Origin: Auanema rhodensis
Taxonomy: Eukaryota > Animalia > Nematoda
Length of the DNA stretch: 64,000 nt
Reading direction: 5' to 3'
Assembly: GCA_964057225.1 (NCBI GenBank)
Contig: OZ059894.1
Location: 1,550,001-1,614,000 of the forward strand
The notes under the pieces: model-generated
Told to the model about the DNA's origin: nothing
Database searches by the model: none
What the model saw: the letters and a program-made list of their open reading frames with translations, nothing else
Part shown: positions 52,300-64,000 of the stretch, piece by piece
Position numbering within the stretch: position 1 is the stretch's first letter
How the letters are laid out: each line of letters begins with the position of its first letter
Program-made: the position numbers and the translations under genes

Positions 52300-55200
52300 A
52301 TTTAGCAAAAAGTAGATGTTTTTAGATTCCTTTTTTCAAGGCAAAGACGATGGACAATGTTATTCAACGAAAAAATTAATTCTTCAGGGTGAAAATCGAG
52401 GATATAAGTGTTAACTTATATCAGTTGATATCTCGGTGCATTTTTAAGCTAGCGCAAATCTGATAACACAGATCGACGCAGCTTGAAAATCCGCATCGAA
52501 TGCACTATACTACATTGAGGAACGCTTAATACAAAAATTAGTTATGATCGTTTGAAAAATGATGCATTAGTGTATGTTGAGTTTCCATGTACACTCAACA
52601 TAGCTTCCAAAAACATTTTGACAAAAATTTTTTCGAAAAATTTCAGAATAATTTAGCAAAAAGTAGATGTTTTTAGATTCCTTTTTTCAAGGCAAAGACG
52701 ATGGACAATGTTATTCAACGAAAAAATTAATTCTTCAGGGTGAAAATCGAGGATATAAGTGTGAACTTATATCAGTTGATATCTCGGTGCATTTTTAAGC
52801 TAGCGCAAATCTGATAACACAGATCGACGCAGCTTAAAAATCCGCATCGAATGCACTACACTACATTGAGGAACGCTTGATACAAAAATTAGTTATGATC
52901 GTTTGAAAAATGATGCATTAGTGTATGTTGAGTTTCCATGTACACTCAACATTGCTTCCAAAAACATTTTGACAAAAATTTTTTCGAAAAATTTCAAAAT
53001 AATTTAGCAAAAAGTAGATGTTTTTAGATTCCTTTTTTCAAGGCAAAGACGATGGACAATGTTATTCAACGAAAAAATTAATTCTTCAGGGTGAAAATCG
53101 AGGATATAAGTGTTAACTTATATCAGTTGATATCTCGGTGCATTTTTAAGCTAGCGCAAATCTGATAACACAGATCGACGCAGCTTGAAAATCCGCATCG
53201 AATGCACTATACTACATTGAGGAACGCTTAATACAAAAATTAGTTATGATCGTTTGAAAAATGATGCATTAGTGTATGTTGAGTTTCCATGTACACTCAA
53301 CATAGCTTCCAAAAACATTTTGACAAAAATTTTTTCGAAAAATTTCAGAATAATTTAGCAAAAAGTAGATGTTTTTAGATTCCTTTTTTCAAGGCAAAGA
53401 CGATGGACAATGTTATTCAACGAAAAAATTAATTCTTCAGGGTGAAAATCGAGGATATAAGTGTGAACTTATATCAGTTGATATCTCGGTGCATTTTTAA
53501 GCTAGCGCAAATCTGATAACACAGATCGACGCAGCTTAAAAATCCGCATCGAATGCACTACACTACATTGAGGAACGCTTAATACAAAAATTAGTTATGA
53601 TCGTTTGAAAAATGATGCATTAGTGTATGTTGAGTTTCCATGTACACTCAACATTGCTTCCAAAAACATTTTGACAAAAATTTTTTCGAAAAATTTCAAA
53701 ATAATTTAGCAGAAAGTAGATGTTTTTAGATTCCTTTTTTCAAGGCAAAGACGATGGACAATGTTATTCAACGAAAAAATTAATTCTTCAGGGTGAAAAT
53801 CGAGGATATAAGTGTTAACTTATATCAGTTGATATCTCGGTGCATTTTTAAGCTAGCGCAAATCTGATAACACAGATCGACGCAGCTTGAAAATCCGCAT
53901 CGAATGCACTATACTACATTGAGGAACGCTTAATACAAAAATTAGTTATGATCGTTTGAAAAATGATGCATTAGTGTATGTTGAGTTTCCATGTACACTC
54001 AACATAGCTTCCAAAAACATTTTGACAAAAATTTTTTCGAAAAATTTCAAAATAATTTAGCAAAAAGTAGATGTTTTTAGATTCCTTTTTTCAAGGCAAA
54101 GACGATGGACAATGTTATTCAACGAAAAAATTAATTCTTCAGGGTGAAAATCGAGGATATAAGTGTGAACTTATATCAGTTGATATCTCGGTGCATTTTT
54201 AAGCTAGCGCAAATCTGATAACACAGATCGACGCAGCTTAAAAATCCGCATCGAATGCACTATACTACATTGAGGAACGCTTAATACAAAAATTAGTTAT
54301 GATCGTTTGAAAAATGATGCATTAGTGTATGTTGAGTTTCCATGTACACTCAACATTGCTTCCAAAAACATTTTGACAAAAATTTTTTCGAAAAATTTCA
54401 AAATAATTTAGCAGAAAGTAGATGTTTTTAGATTCCTTTTTTCAAGGCAAAGACAATGGACAATGTTATTCAACGAAAAAATTAATTCTTCAGGGTGAAA
54501 ATCGAGGATATAAGTGTTAACTTATATCAGTTGATATCTCGGTGCATTTTTAAGCTAGCGCAAATCTGATAACACAGATCGACGCAGCTTGAAAATCCGC
54601 ATCGAATGCACTATACTACATTGAGGAACGCTTAATACAAAAATTAGTTATGATCGTTTGAAAAATGATGCATTAGTGTATGTTGAGTTTCCATGTACAC
54701 TCAACATAGCTTCCAAAAACATTTTGACAAAAATTTTTTCGAAAAATTTCAGAATAATTTAGCAAAAAGTAGATGTTTTTAGATTCCTTTTCTCAAGGCA
54801 AAGACGATGGACAATGTTATTCAACGAAAAAATTAATTCTTCAGGGTGAAAATCGAGGATATAAGTGTGAACTTATATCAGTTGATATCTCGGTGCATTT
54901 TTAAGCTAGCGCAAATCTGATAACACAGATCGACGCAGCTTGAAAATCCGCATCGAATGCACTATACTACATTGAGGAACGCTTAATACAAAAATTAGTT
55001 ATGATCGTTTGAAAAATGATGCATTAGTGTATGTTGAGTTTCCATGTACACTCAACATTGCTTCCAAAAACATTTTGACAAAAATTTTTTCGAAAAATTT
55101 CAAAATAATTTAGCAGAAAGTAGATGTTTTTAGATTCCTTTTTTCAAGGCAAAGACAATGGACAATGTTATTCAACGAAAAAATTAATTCTTCAGGGTGA

Positions 55201-56511
55201 AAATCGAGGATATAAGTGTTAACTTATATCAGTTGATATCTCGGTGCATTTTTAAGCTAGCGCAAATCTGATAACACAGATCGACGCAGCTTGAAAATCC
55301 GCATCGAATGCACTATACTACATTGAGGAACGCTTAATACAAAAATTAGTTATGATCGTTTGAAAAATGATGCATTAGTGTATGTTGAGTTTCCATGTAC
55401 ACTCAACATAGCTTCCAAAAACATTTTGACAAAAATTTTTTCGAAAAATTTCAGAATAATTTAGCAAAAAGTAGATGTTTTTAGATTCCTTTTCTCAAGG
55501 CAAAGACGATGGACAATGTTATTCAACGAAAAAATTAATTCTTCAGGGTGAAAATCGAGGATATAAGTGTGAACTTATATCAGTTGATATCTCGGTGCAT
55601 TTTTAAGCTAGCGCAAATCTGATAACACAGATCGACGCAGCTTGAAAATCCGCATCGAATGCACTATACTACATTGAGGAACGCTTAATACAAAAATTAG
55701 TTATGATCGTTTGAAAAATGATGCATTAGTGTATGTTGAGTTTCCATGTACACTCAACATTGCTTCCAAAAACATTTTGACAAAAATTTTTTCGAAAATT
55801 TTCAAAATAATTTAGCAGAAAGTAGATGTTTTTAGATTCCTTTTTTCAAGGCAAAGACGATGGACAATGTTATTCAACGAAAAAATTAATTCTTCAGGGT
55901 GAAAATCGAGGATATAAGTGTTAACTTATATCAGTTGATATCTCGGTGCATTTTTAAGCTAGCGCAAATCTGATAACACAGATCGACGCAGCTTGAAAAT
56001 CCGCATCGAATGCACTATACTACATTGAGGAACGCTTAATACAAAAATTAGTTATGATCGTTTGAAAAATGATGCATTAGTGTATGTTGAGTTTCCATGT
56101 ACACTCAACATAGCTTCCAAAAACATTTTGACAAAAATTTTTTCGAAAAATTTCAGAATAATTTAGCAAAAAGTAGATGTTTTTAGATTCCTTTTTTCAA
56201 GGCAAAGACGATGGACAATGTTATTCAACGAAAAAATTAATTCTTCAGGGTGAAAATCGAGGATATAAGTGTGAACTTATATCAGTTGATATCTCGGTGC
56301 ATTTTTAAGCTAGCGCAAATCTGATAACACAGATCGACGCAGCTTGAAAATCCGCATCGAATGCACTATACTACATTGAGGAACGCTTAATACAAAAATT
56401 AGTTATGATCGTTTGAAAAATGATGCATTAGTGTATGTTGAGTTTCCATGTACACTCAACATTGCTTCCAAAAACATTTTGACAAAAATTTTTTCGAAAA
56501 ATTTCAAAATA
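52300..56511. repeat. Dimeric (702-bp) higher-order repeat, six units
   Basis: G113T (creates GTTAAC) is at 52412, 53114, 53816, 54518, 55220 and 55922, in phase with AACATAGC. Confidence 0.9.
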
Positions 56512-59500
56512 TTTTAGCAAAAAGTAGATGTTTTTAGATTCCTTTTTTCAAGGCAAAGACGATGGACAATGTTATTCAACGAAAAAATTAATTCTTCAGG
56601 GTGAAAATCGAGGATATAAGTGTGAACTTATATCAGTTGATATCTCGGTGCATTTTTAAGCTAGCGCAAATCTGATAACACAGATCGACGCAGCTTGAAA
56701 ATCCGCATCTAATGCACTATACTACTTTGAGAAACGCTTAATACAAAAATTAGTTATGATCGTTTGAAAAATGATGCATTAGTGTATGTTGAGTTTCCAT
56801 GTACACTCAACATTGCTTCCAAAAACATTTTGACAAAAATTTTTTCGAAAAATTTCAGAATAATTTAGCAAAAAGTAGATGTTTTTAGATTCCTTTTTTC
56901 AAGGCAAAGACGATGGACAATGTTATTCAACGAAAAAATTAATTCTTCAGGGTGAAAATCGAGGATATAAGTGTGAACTTATATCAGTTGATATCTCGGT
57001 GCATTTTTAAGCTAGCGCAAATCTGATAACACAGATCGACGCAGCTTGAAAATCCGCATCGAATGCACTATACTACTTTGAGAAACGCTTAATACAAAAA
57101 TTAGTTATGATCGTTTGAAAAATGATGCATTAGTGTATGTTGAGTTTCCATGTACACTCAACATAGCTTCCAAAAACATTTTGACAAAAATTTTTTCGAA
57201 AAATTTCAAATTAATTTAGCAGAAAGTATATGTTTTTAGATTCCTTTTTTCAAGGCAAAGACGATGGACAATGTTATTCAACGAAAAAATTAATTCTTCA
57301 GGGTGAAAATCGAGGATATAAGTGTGAACTTATATCAGTTGATATCTCGGTGCATTTTTAAGCTAGCGCAAATCTGATAACACAGATCGACGCAGCTTGA
57401 AAATCCGCATCGAATGCACTATACTACATTGAGGAACGCTTAATACAAAAATTAGTTATGATCGTTTGAAAAATGATGCATTAGTGTATGTTGAGTTTCC
57501 ATGTACACTCAACATAGCTTCCAAAAACATTTTGACAAAAATTTTTTCGAAAAATTTCAGAATAATTTAGCAAAAAGTAGATGTTTTTAGATTCCTTTTT
57601 TCAAGGCAAAGACGATGGACAATGTTATTCAACGAAAAAATTAATTCTTCAGGGTGAAAATCGAGGATATAAGTGTGAACTTATATCAGTTGATATCTCG
57701 GTGCATTTTTAAGCTAGCGCAAATCTGATAACACAGATCGACGCAGCTTACAAATCCGCATCGAATGCACTATACTTCATTGAGGAACGCTTAATACAAA
57801 AATTAGTTATGATCGTTTGAAAAATGATGCATTAGTGTATGTTGAGTTTCCATGTACACTCAACATAGCTTCCAAAAACATTTTGACAAAAATTTTTTCG
57901 AGAAATTTCAAAATAATTTAGCAAAAAGTAGATGTTTTTAGATTCCTTTTTTCAAGGCAAAGACGATGGACAATGTTATTCAACGAAAAAATTAATTCTT
58001 CAGGGTGAAAATCGAGGATATAAGTGTGAACTTATATCAGTTGATATCTCGGTGCATTTTTAAGCTAGCGCAAATCTGATAACACAGATCGACGCAGCTT
58101 AAAAATCCGCATCGAATGCAGTATACTACATTGAGGAACGCTTAATACAAAAATTAGTTATGATTGTTTGAAAAATGATGCATTAGTGTATGTTGAGTTT
58201 CCATGTACACTCAACATTGCTTCCAAAAACATTTTGACAAAAATTTTTTCGAAAAATTTCAAAATAATTTAGCAGAAAGTAGATGTTTTTAGATTCCTTT
58301 TTTCAAGGCAAAGACGATGGACAATGTTATTCAACGAAAAAATTAATTCTTCAGGGTGAAAATCGAGGATATAAGTGTGAACTTATATCAGTTGATATCT
58401 CGGTGCATTTTTAAGCTAGCGCTAATCTGATAACACAGATCGACGCAGCTTGAAAATCCGCATCGAATGCACTATACTACATTGAGGAACGCTTAATACA
58501 AAAATTAGTTATGATCGTTTGAAAAATGATGCATTAGTGTATGTTGAGTTTCCATGTACACTCAACATTGCTTCCAAAAACATTTTGACAAAAATTTTTT
58601 CGAAAAATTTCAGAATAATTTAGCAAAAAGTAGATGTTTTTAGATTCCTTTTTTCAAGGCAAAGACGATGGACAATGTTATTCAACGAAAAAATTAATTC
58701 TTCAGGGTGAAAATCGAGGATATAAGTGTGAACTTATATCAGTTGATATCTCGGTGCATTTTTAAGCTAGCGCAAATCTGATAACACAGATCGACGCAGC
58801 TTGAAAATCCGCATCGAATGCACTATACTACATTGAGGAACGCTTAATACAAAAATTAGTTATGATCGTTTGAAAAATGATGCATTAGTGTATGTTGAGT
58901 TTCCATGTACACTCAACATAGCTTCCAAAAACATTTTGACAAAAATTTTTTCGAAAAATTTCAGAATAATTTAGCAAAAAGTAGATGTTTTTAGATTTCT
59001 TTTCTCAAGGCAAAGACGATGGACAATGTTATTCAACGAAAAAATTAATTCTTCAGGGTGAAAATCGAGGATATAAGTGTGAACTTATATCAGTTGATAT
59101 CTCGGTGCATTTTCAAGCTAGCGCAAATCTGATAACACAGATCGACGCAGCTTAAAAATCCGCATCGAATGCAGTATACTACATTGAGGAACGCTTAATA
59201 CAAAAATTAGTTATGATTGTTTGAAAAATGATGCATTAGTGTATGTTGAGTTTCCATGTACACTCAACATTGCTTCCAAAAACATTTTGACAAAAATTTT
59301 TTCGAAAAATTTCAAAATAATTTAGCAGAAAGTAGATGTTTTTAGATTCCTTTTTTCAAGGCAAAGACGATGGACAATGTTATTCAACGAAAAAATTAAT
59401 TCTTCAGGGTGAAAATCGAGGATATAAGTGTGAACTTATATCAGTTGATATCTCGGTGCATTTTTAAGCTAGCGCAAATCTGATAACACAGATCGACGCA

Positions 59501-62478
59501 GCTTGAAAATCCGCATCGAATGCACTATACTACTTTGAGAAACGCTTAATACAAAAATTAGTTATGATCGTTTGAAAAATGATGCATTAGTGTATGTTGA
59601 GTTTCCATGTACACTCAACATTGCTTCCAAAAACATTTTGGCAAAAATTTTTTCGAAAAATTTCAAAATAATTTAGCAGAAAGTAGATGTTTTTAGATTC
59701 CTTTTTTCAAGGCAAAGACGATGGACAATGTTATTCAACGAAAAAATTAATTCTTCAGGGTGAAAATCGAGGATATAAGTGTTAACTTATATCAGTTGAT
59801 ATCTCGGTGCATTTTTAAGCTAGCGCAAATCTGATAACACAGATCGACGCAGCTTGAAAATCCGCATCGAATGCACTATACTACATTGAGGAACGCTTAA
59901 TACAAAAATTAGTTATGATCGTTTGAAAAATGATGCATTAGTGTATGTTGAGTTTCCATGTACACTCAACATAGCTTCCAAAAACATTTTGACAAAAATT
60001 TTTTCGAAAAATTTCAGAATAATTTAGCAAAAAGTAGATGTTTTTAGATTCCTTTTTTCAAGGCAAAGACGATGGACAATGTTATTCAACGAAAAAATTA
60101 ATTCTTCAGGGTGAAAATCGAGGATATAAGTGTGAACTTATATCAGTTGATATCTCGGTGCATTTTTAAGCTAGCGCAAATCTGATAACACAGATCGACG
60201 CAGCTTGAAAATCCGCATCGAATGCACTATACTACATTGAGGAACGCTTAATACAAAAATTAGTTATGATCGTTTGAAAAATGATGCATTAGTGTATGTT
60301 GAGTTTCCATGTACACTCAACATTGCTTCCAAAAACATTTTGACAAAAATTTTTTCGAAAAATTTCAAAATATTTTAGCAAAAAGTAGATGTTTTTAGAT
60401 TCCTTTTTTCAAGGCAAAGACGATGGACAATGTTATTCAACGAAAAAATTAATTCTTCAGGGTGAAAATCGAGGATATAAGTGTGAACTTATATCAGTTG
60501 ATATCTCGGTGCATTTTTAAGCTAGCGCAAATCTGATAACACAGATCGACGCAGCTTGAAAATCCGCATTTAATGCACTATACTACTTTGAGAAACGCTT
60601 AATACAAAAATTAGTTATGATCGTTTGAAAAATGATGCATTAGTGTATGTTGAGTTTCCATGTACACTCAACATTGCTTCCAAAAACATTTTGACAAAAA
60701 TTTTTTCGAAAAATTTCAGAATAATTTAGCAAAAAGTAGATGTTTTTAGATTCCTTTTTTCAAGGCAAAGACGATGGACAATGTTATTCAACGAAAAAAT
60801 TAATTCTTCAGGGTGAAAATCGAGGATATAAGTGTGAACTTATATCAGTTGATATCTCGGTGCATTTTTAAGCTAGCGCAAATCTGATAACACAGATCGA
60901 CGCAGCTTGAAAATCCGCATCGAATGCACTATACTACTTTGAGAAACGCTTAATACAAAAATTAGTTATGATCGTTTGAAAAATGATGCATTAGTGTATG
61001 TTGAGTTTCCATGTACACTCAACATAGCTTCCAAAAACATTTTGACAAAAATTTTTTCGAAAAATTTCAAATTAATTTAGCAGCAAGTATATGTTTTTAG
61101 ATTCCTTTTTTCAAGGCAAAGACGATGGACAATGTTATTCAACGAAAAAATTAATTCTTCAGGGTGAAAATCGAGGATATAAGTGTGAACTTATATCAGT
61201 TGATATCTCGGTGCATTTTTAAGCTAGCGCAAATCTGATAACACAGATCGACGCAGCTTGAAAATCCGCATCGAATGCACTATACTACATTGAGGAACGC
61301 TTAATACAAAAATTAGTTATGATCGTTTGAAAAATGATGCATTAGTGTATGTTGAGTTTCCATGTACACTCAACATAGCTTCCAAAAACATTTTGACAAA
61401 AATTTTTTCGAAAAATTTCAGAATAATTTAGCAAAAAGTAGATGTTTTTAGATTCCTTTTTTCAAGGCAAAGACGATGGACAATGTTATTCAACGAAAAA
61501 ATTAATTCTTCAGGGTGAAAATCGAGGATATAAGTGTGAACTTATATCAGTTGATATCTCGGTGCATTTTTAAGCTAGCGCAAATCTGATAACACAGATC
61601 GACGCAGCTTACAAATCCGCATCGAATGCACTATACTTCATTGAGGAACGCTTAATACAAAAATTAGTTATGATCGTTTGAAAAATGATGCATTAGTGTA
61701 TGTTGAGTTTCCATGTACACTCAACATAGCTTCCAAAAACATTTTGACAAAAATTTTTTCGAGAAATTTCAAAATAATTTAGCAAAAAGTAGATGTTTTT
61801 AGATTCCTTTTTTCAAGGCAAAGACGATGGACAATGTTATTCAACGAAAAAATTAATTCTTCAGGGTGAAAATCGAGGATATAAGTGTGAACTTATATCA
61901 GTTGATATCTCGGTGCATTTTTAAGCTAGCGCAAATCTGATAACACAGATCGACGCAGCTTAAAAATCCGCATCGAATGCAGTATACTACATTGAGGAAC
62001 GCTTAATACAAAAATTAGTTATGATTGTTTGAAAAATGATGCATTAGTGTATGTTGAGTTTCCATGTACACTCAACATTGCTTCCAAAAACATTTTGACA
62101 AAAATTTTTTCGAAAAATTTCAAAATAATTTAGCAGAAAGTAGATGTTTTTAGATTCCTTTTTTCAAGGCAAAGACGATGGACAATGTTATTCAACGAAA
62201 AAATTAATTCTTCAGGGTGAAAATCGAGGATATAAGTGTGAACTTATATCAGTTGATATCTCGGTGCATTTTTAAGCTAGCGCAAATCTGATAACACAGA
62301 TCGACGCAGCTTGAAAATCCGCATCGAATGCACTATACTACATTGAGGAACGCTTAATACAAAAATTAGTTATGATCGTTTGAAAAATGATGCATTAGTG
62401 TATGTTGAGTTTCCATGTACACTCAACATTGCTTCCAAAAACATTTTGACAAAAATTTTTTCGAAAAATTTCAGAATA
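55810..62478. repeat. 11-monomer-period (3861-bp) duplication
   Basis: Marker pairs: GTTAAC 55922/59783, CTTACAAA 57751/61612, TCGAGAAA 57902/61763, GCAGTATA 58121/61982, GATTGTTT 58165/62026. Confidence 0.88.
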
Positions 62479-64000
62479 ATTTAGCAAAAAGTAGATGTTT
62501 TTAGATTCCTTTTTTCAAGGCAAAGACGATGGACAATGTTATTCAACGAAAAAATTAATTCTTCAGGGTGAAAATCGAGGATATAAGTGTGAACTTATAT
62601 CAGTTGATATCTCGGTGCATTTTTAAGCTAGCGCAAATCTGATAACACAGATCGACGCAGCTTACAAATCCGCATCGAATGCACTATACTTCATTGAGGA
62701 ACGCTTAATACAAAAATTAGTTATGATCGTTTGAAAAATGATGCATTAGTGTATGTTGAGTTTCCATGTACACTCAACATAGCTTCCAAAAACATTTTGA
62801 CAAAAATTTTTTCGAAAAATTTCAAAATAATTTAGCAGAAAGTAGATGTTTTTAGATTCCTTTTTTCAAGGCAAAGACGATGGACAATGTTATTCAACGA
62901 AAAAATTAATTCTTCAGGGTGAAAATCGAGGATATAAGTGTGAACTTATATCAGTTGATATCTCGGTGCATTTTTAAGCTAGCGCAAATCTGATAACACA
63001 GATCGACGCAGCTTGAAAATCCGCATCGAATGCACTATACTACATTGAGGAACGCTTAATACAAAAATTAGTTATGATCGTTTGAAAAATGATGCATTAG
63101 TGTATGTTGAGTTTCCATGTACACTCAACATAGCTTCCAAAAACATTTTGACAAAAATTTTTTCGAAAAATTTCAGAATAATTTAGCAAAAAGTAGATGT
63201 TTTTAGATTCCTTTTTTCAAGGCAAAGACGATGGACAATGTTATTCAACGAAAAAATTAATTCTTCAGGGTGAAAATCGAGGATATAAGTGTGAACTTAT
63301 ATCAGTTGATATCTCGGTGCATTTTTAAGCTAGCGCAAATCTGATAACACAGATCGACGCAGCTTGAAAATCCGCATCGAATGCACTATACTACATTGAG
63401 GAACGCTTAATACAAAAATTAGTTATGATCGTTTGAAAAATGATGCATTAGTGTATGTTGAGTTTCCATGTACACTCAACATAGCTTCCAAAAACATTTT
63501 GACAAAAATTTTTTCGAAAAATTTCAGAATAATTTAGCAAAAAGTAGATGTTTTTAGATTTCTTTTTTTAAGGCAAAGACGATGGACAATGTTATTCAAC
63601 GAAAAAATTAATTCTTCAGGGTGAAAATCGAGGATATAAGTGTGAACTTATATCAGTTGATATCTCGGTGCATTTTTAAGCTAGCGCAAATCTGATAACA
63701 CAGATCGACGCAGCTTGAAAATCCGCATCGAATGCACTATACTACATTGAGGAACGCTTAATACAAAAATTAGTTATGATCGTTTGAAAAATGATGCATT
63801 AGTGTATGTTGAGTTTCCATGTACACTCAACATTGCTTCCAAAAACATTTTGACAAAAATTTTTTCGAAAAATTTCAGAATAATTTAGCAAAAAGTAGAT
63901 GTTTTTAGATTCCTTTTTTCAAGGCAAAGACGATGGACAATGTTATTCAACGAAAAAATTAATTCTTCAGGGTGAAAATCGAGGATATAAGTGTGAACTT

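Larger units (their letters stand above)
1..64000. repeat. Tandem satellite DNA array, 351-bp monomer, ~182 copies, extending beyond both window edges
   Basis: ATTTAGCA recurs at 1, 352, 7021 (1+20x351), 14041, 35101 (1+100x351) and 63181 (1+180x351). Copies differ by only a few substitutions. No non-repeat sequence was seen. Confidence 0.99.
35101..64000. repeat. Subfamily R domain (mostly G186, CTTGAAAA; TTTTCG fixed)
   Basis: Most monomers read GCAGCTTGAAAA. GAGGAACG, AACATAGC, GCAGAAAG, AGTATATG and AGATTTCT are common here and were not seen in 703-35100. Confidence 0.85.

Noticed and set aside
1-64000. CRISPR array, iteron array or integron cassette array
   Set aside because: The whole 351 bp repeats. 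There are no unique spacers or cassettes and no cas, rep or integrase genes.
1-64000. Giant repeat-protein gene (351 is divisible by 3)
   Set aside because: The ORF track shows no long ORF in any frame, and stop codons recur in every monomer.
1-64000. Rolling-circle or sequencing concatemer artefact
   Set aside because: Variants are shared, position-structured and hierarchically nested with almost no indels, unlike random read error on one template.

Overview
The whole 64-kb window is one uninterrupted head-to-tail tandem array of a 351-bp AT-rich monomer. There are about 182.3 copies, all in the same orientation, and monomer 1 is about 32% GC by hand count. I found no unique sequence, transposon insertion, credible gene, RNA gene or CRISPR spacer. 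It reads as eukaryotic satellite DNA, possibly centromeric or pericentromeric; I cannot assign the species or family. The structure lies in the variants. (i) Two monomer subfamilies occupy separate domains, switching near 0.7 kb and 34.4-35.1 kb. (ii) There are many nested, short-range higher-order repeats (2-, 3-, 5-, 6/7-, 8/7- and 11-monomer units). (iii) Only two 1-bp indels occur, so the 351-bp register holds end to end. (iv) The monomer is packed with inverted repeats and has an apparently invariant ~41-bp box. (v) Several recurrent substitutions fall at mutually paired hairpin positions or perfect local repeats, hinting at templated mutation. The two 63-aa ORFs are by-products of one TAG>CAG variant. 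Monomer positions below are numbered from window base 1. All variant calls were read by eye and need confirming by alignment.
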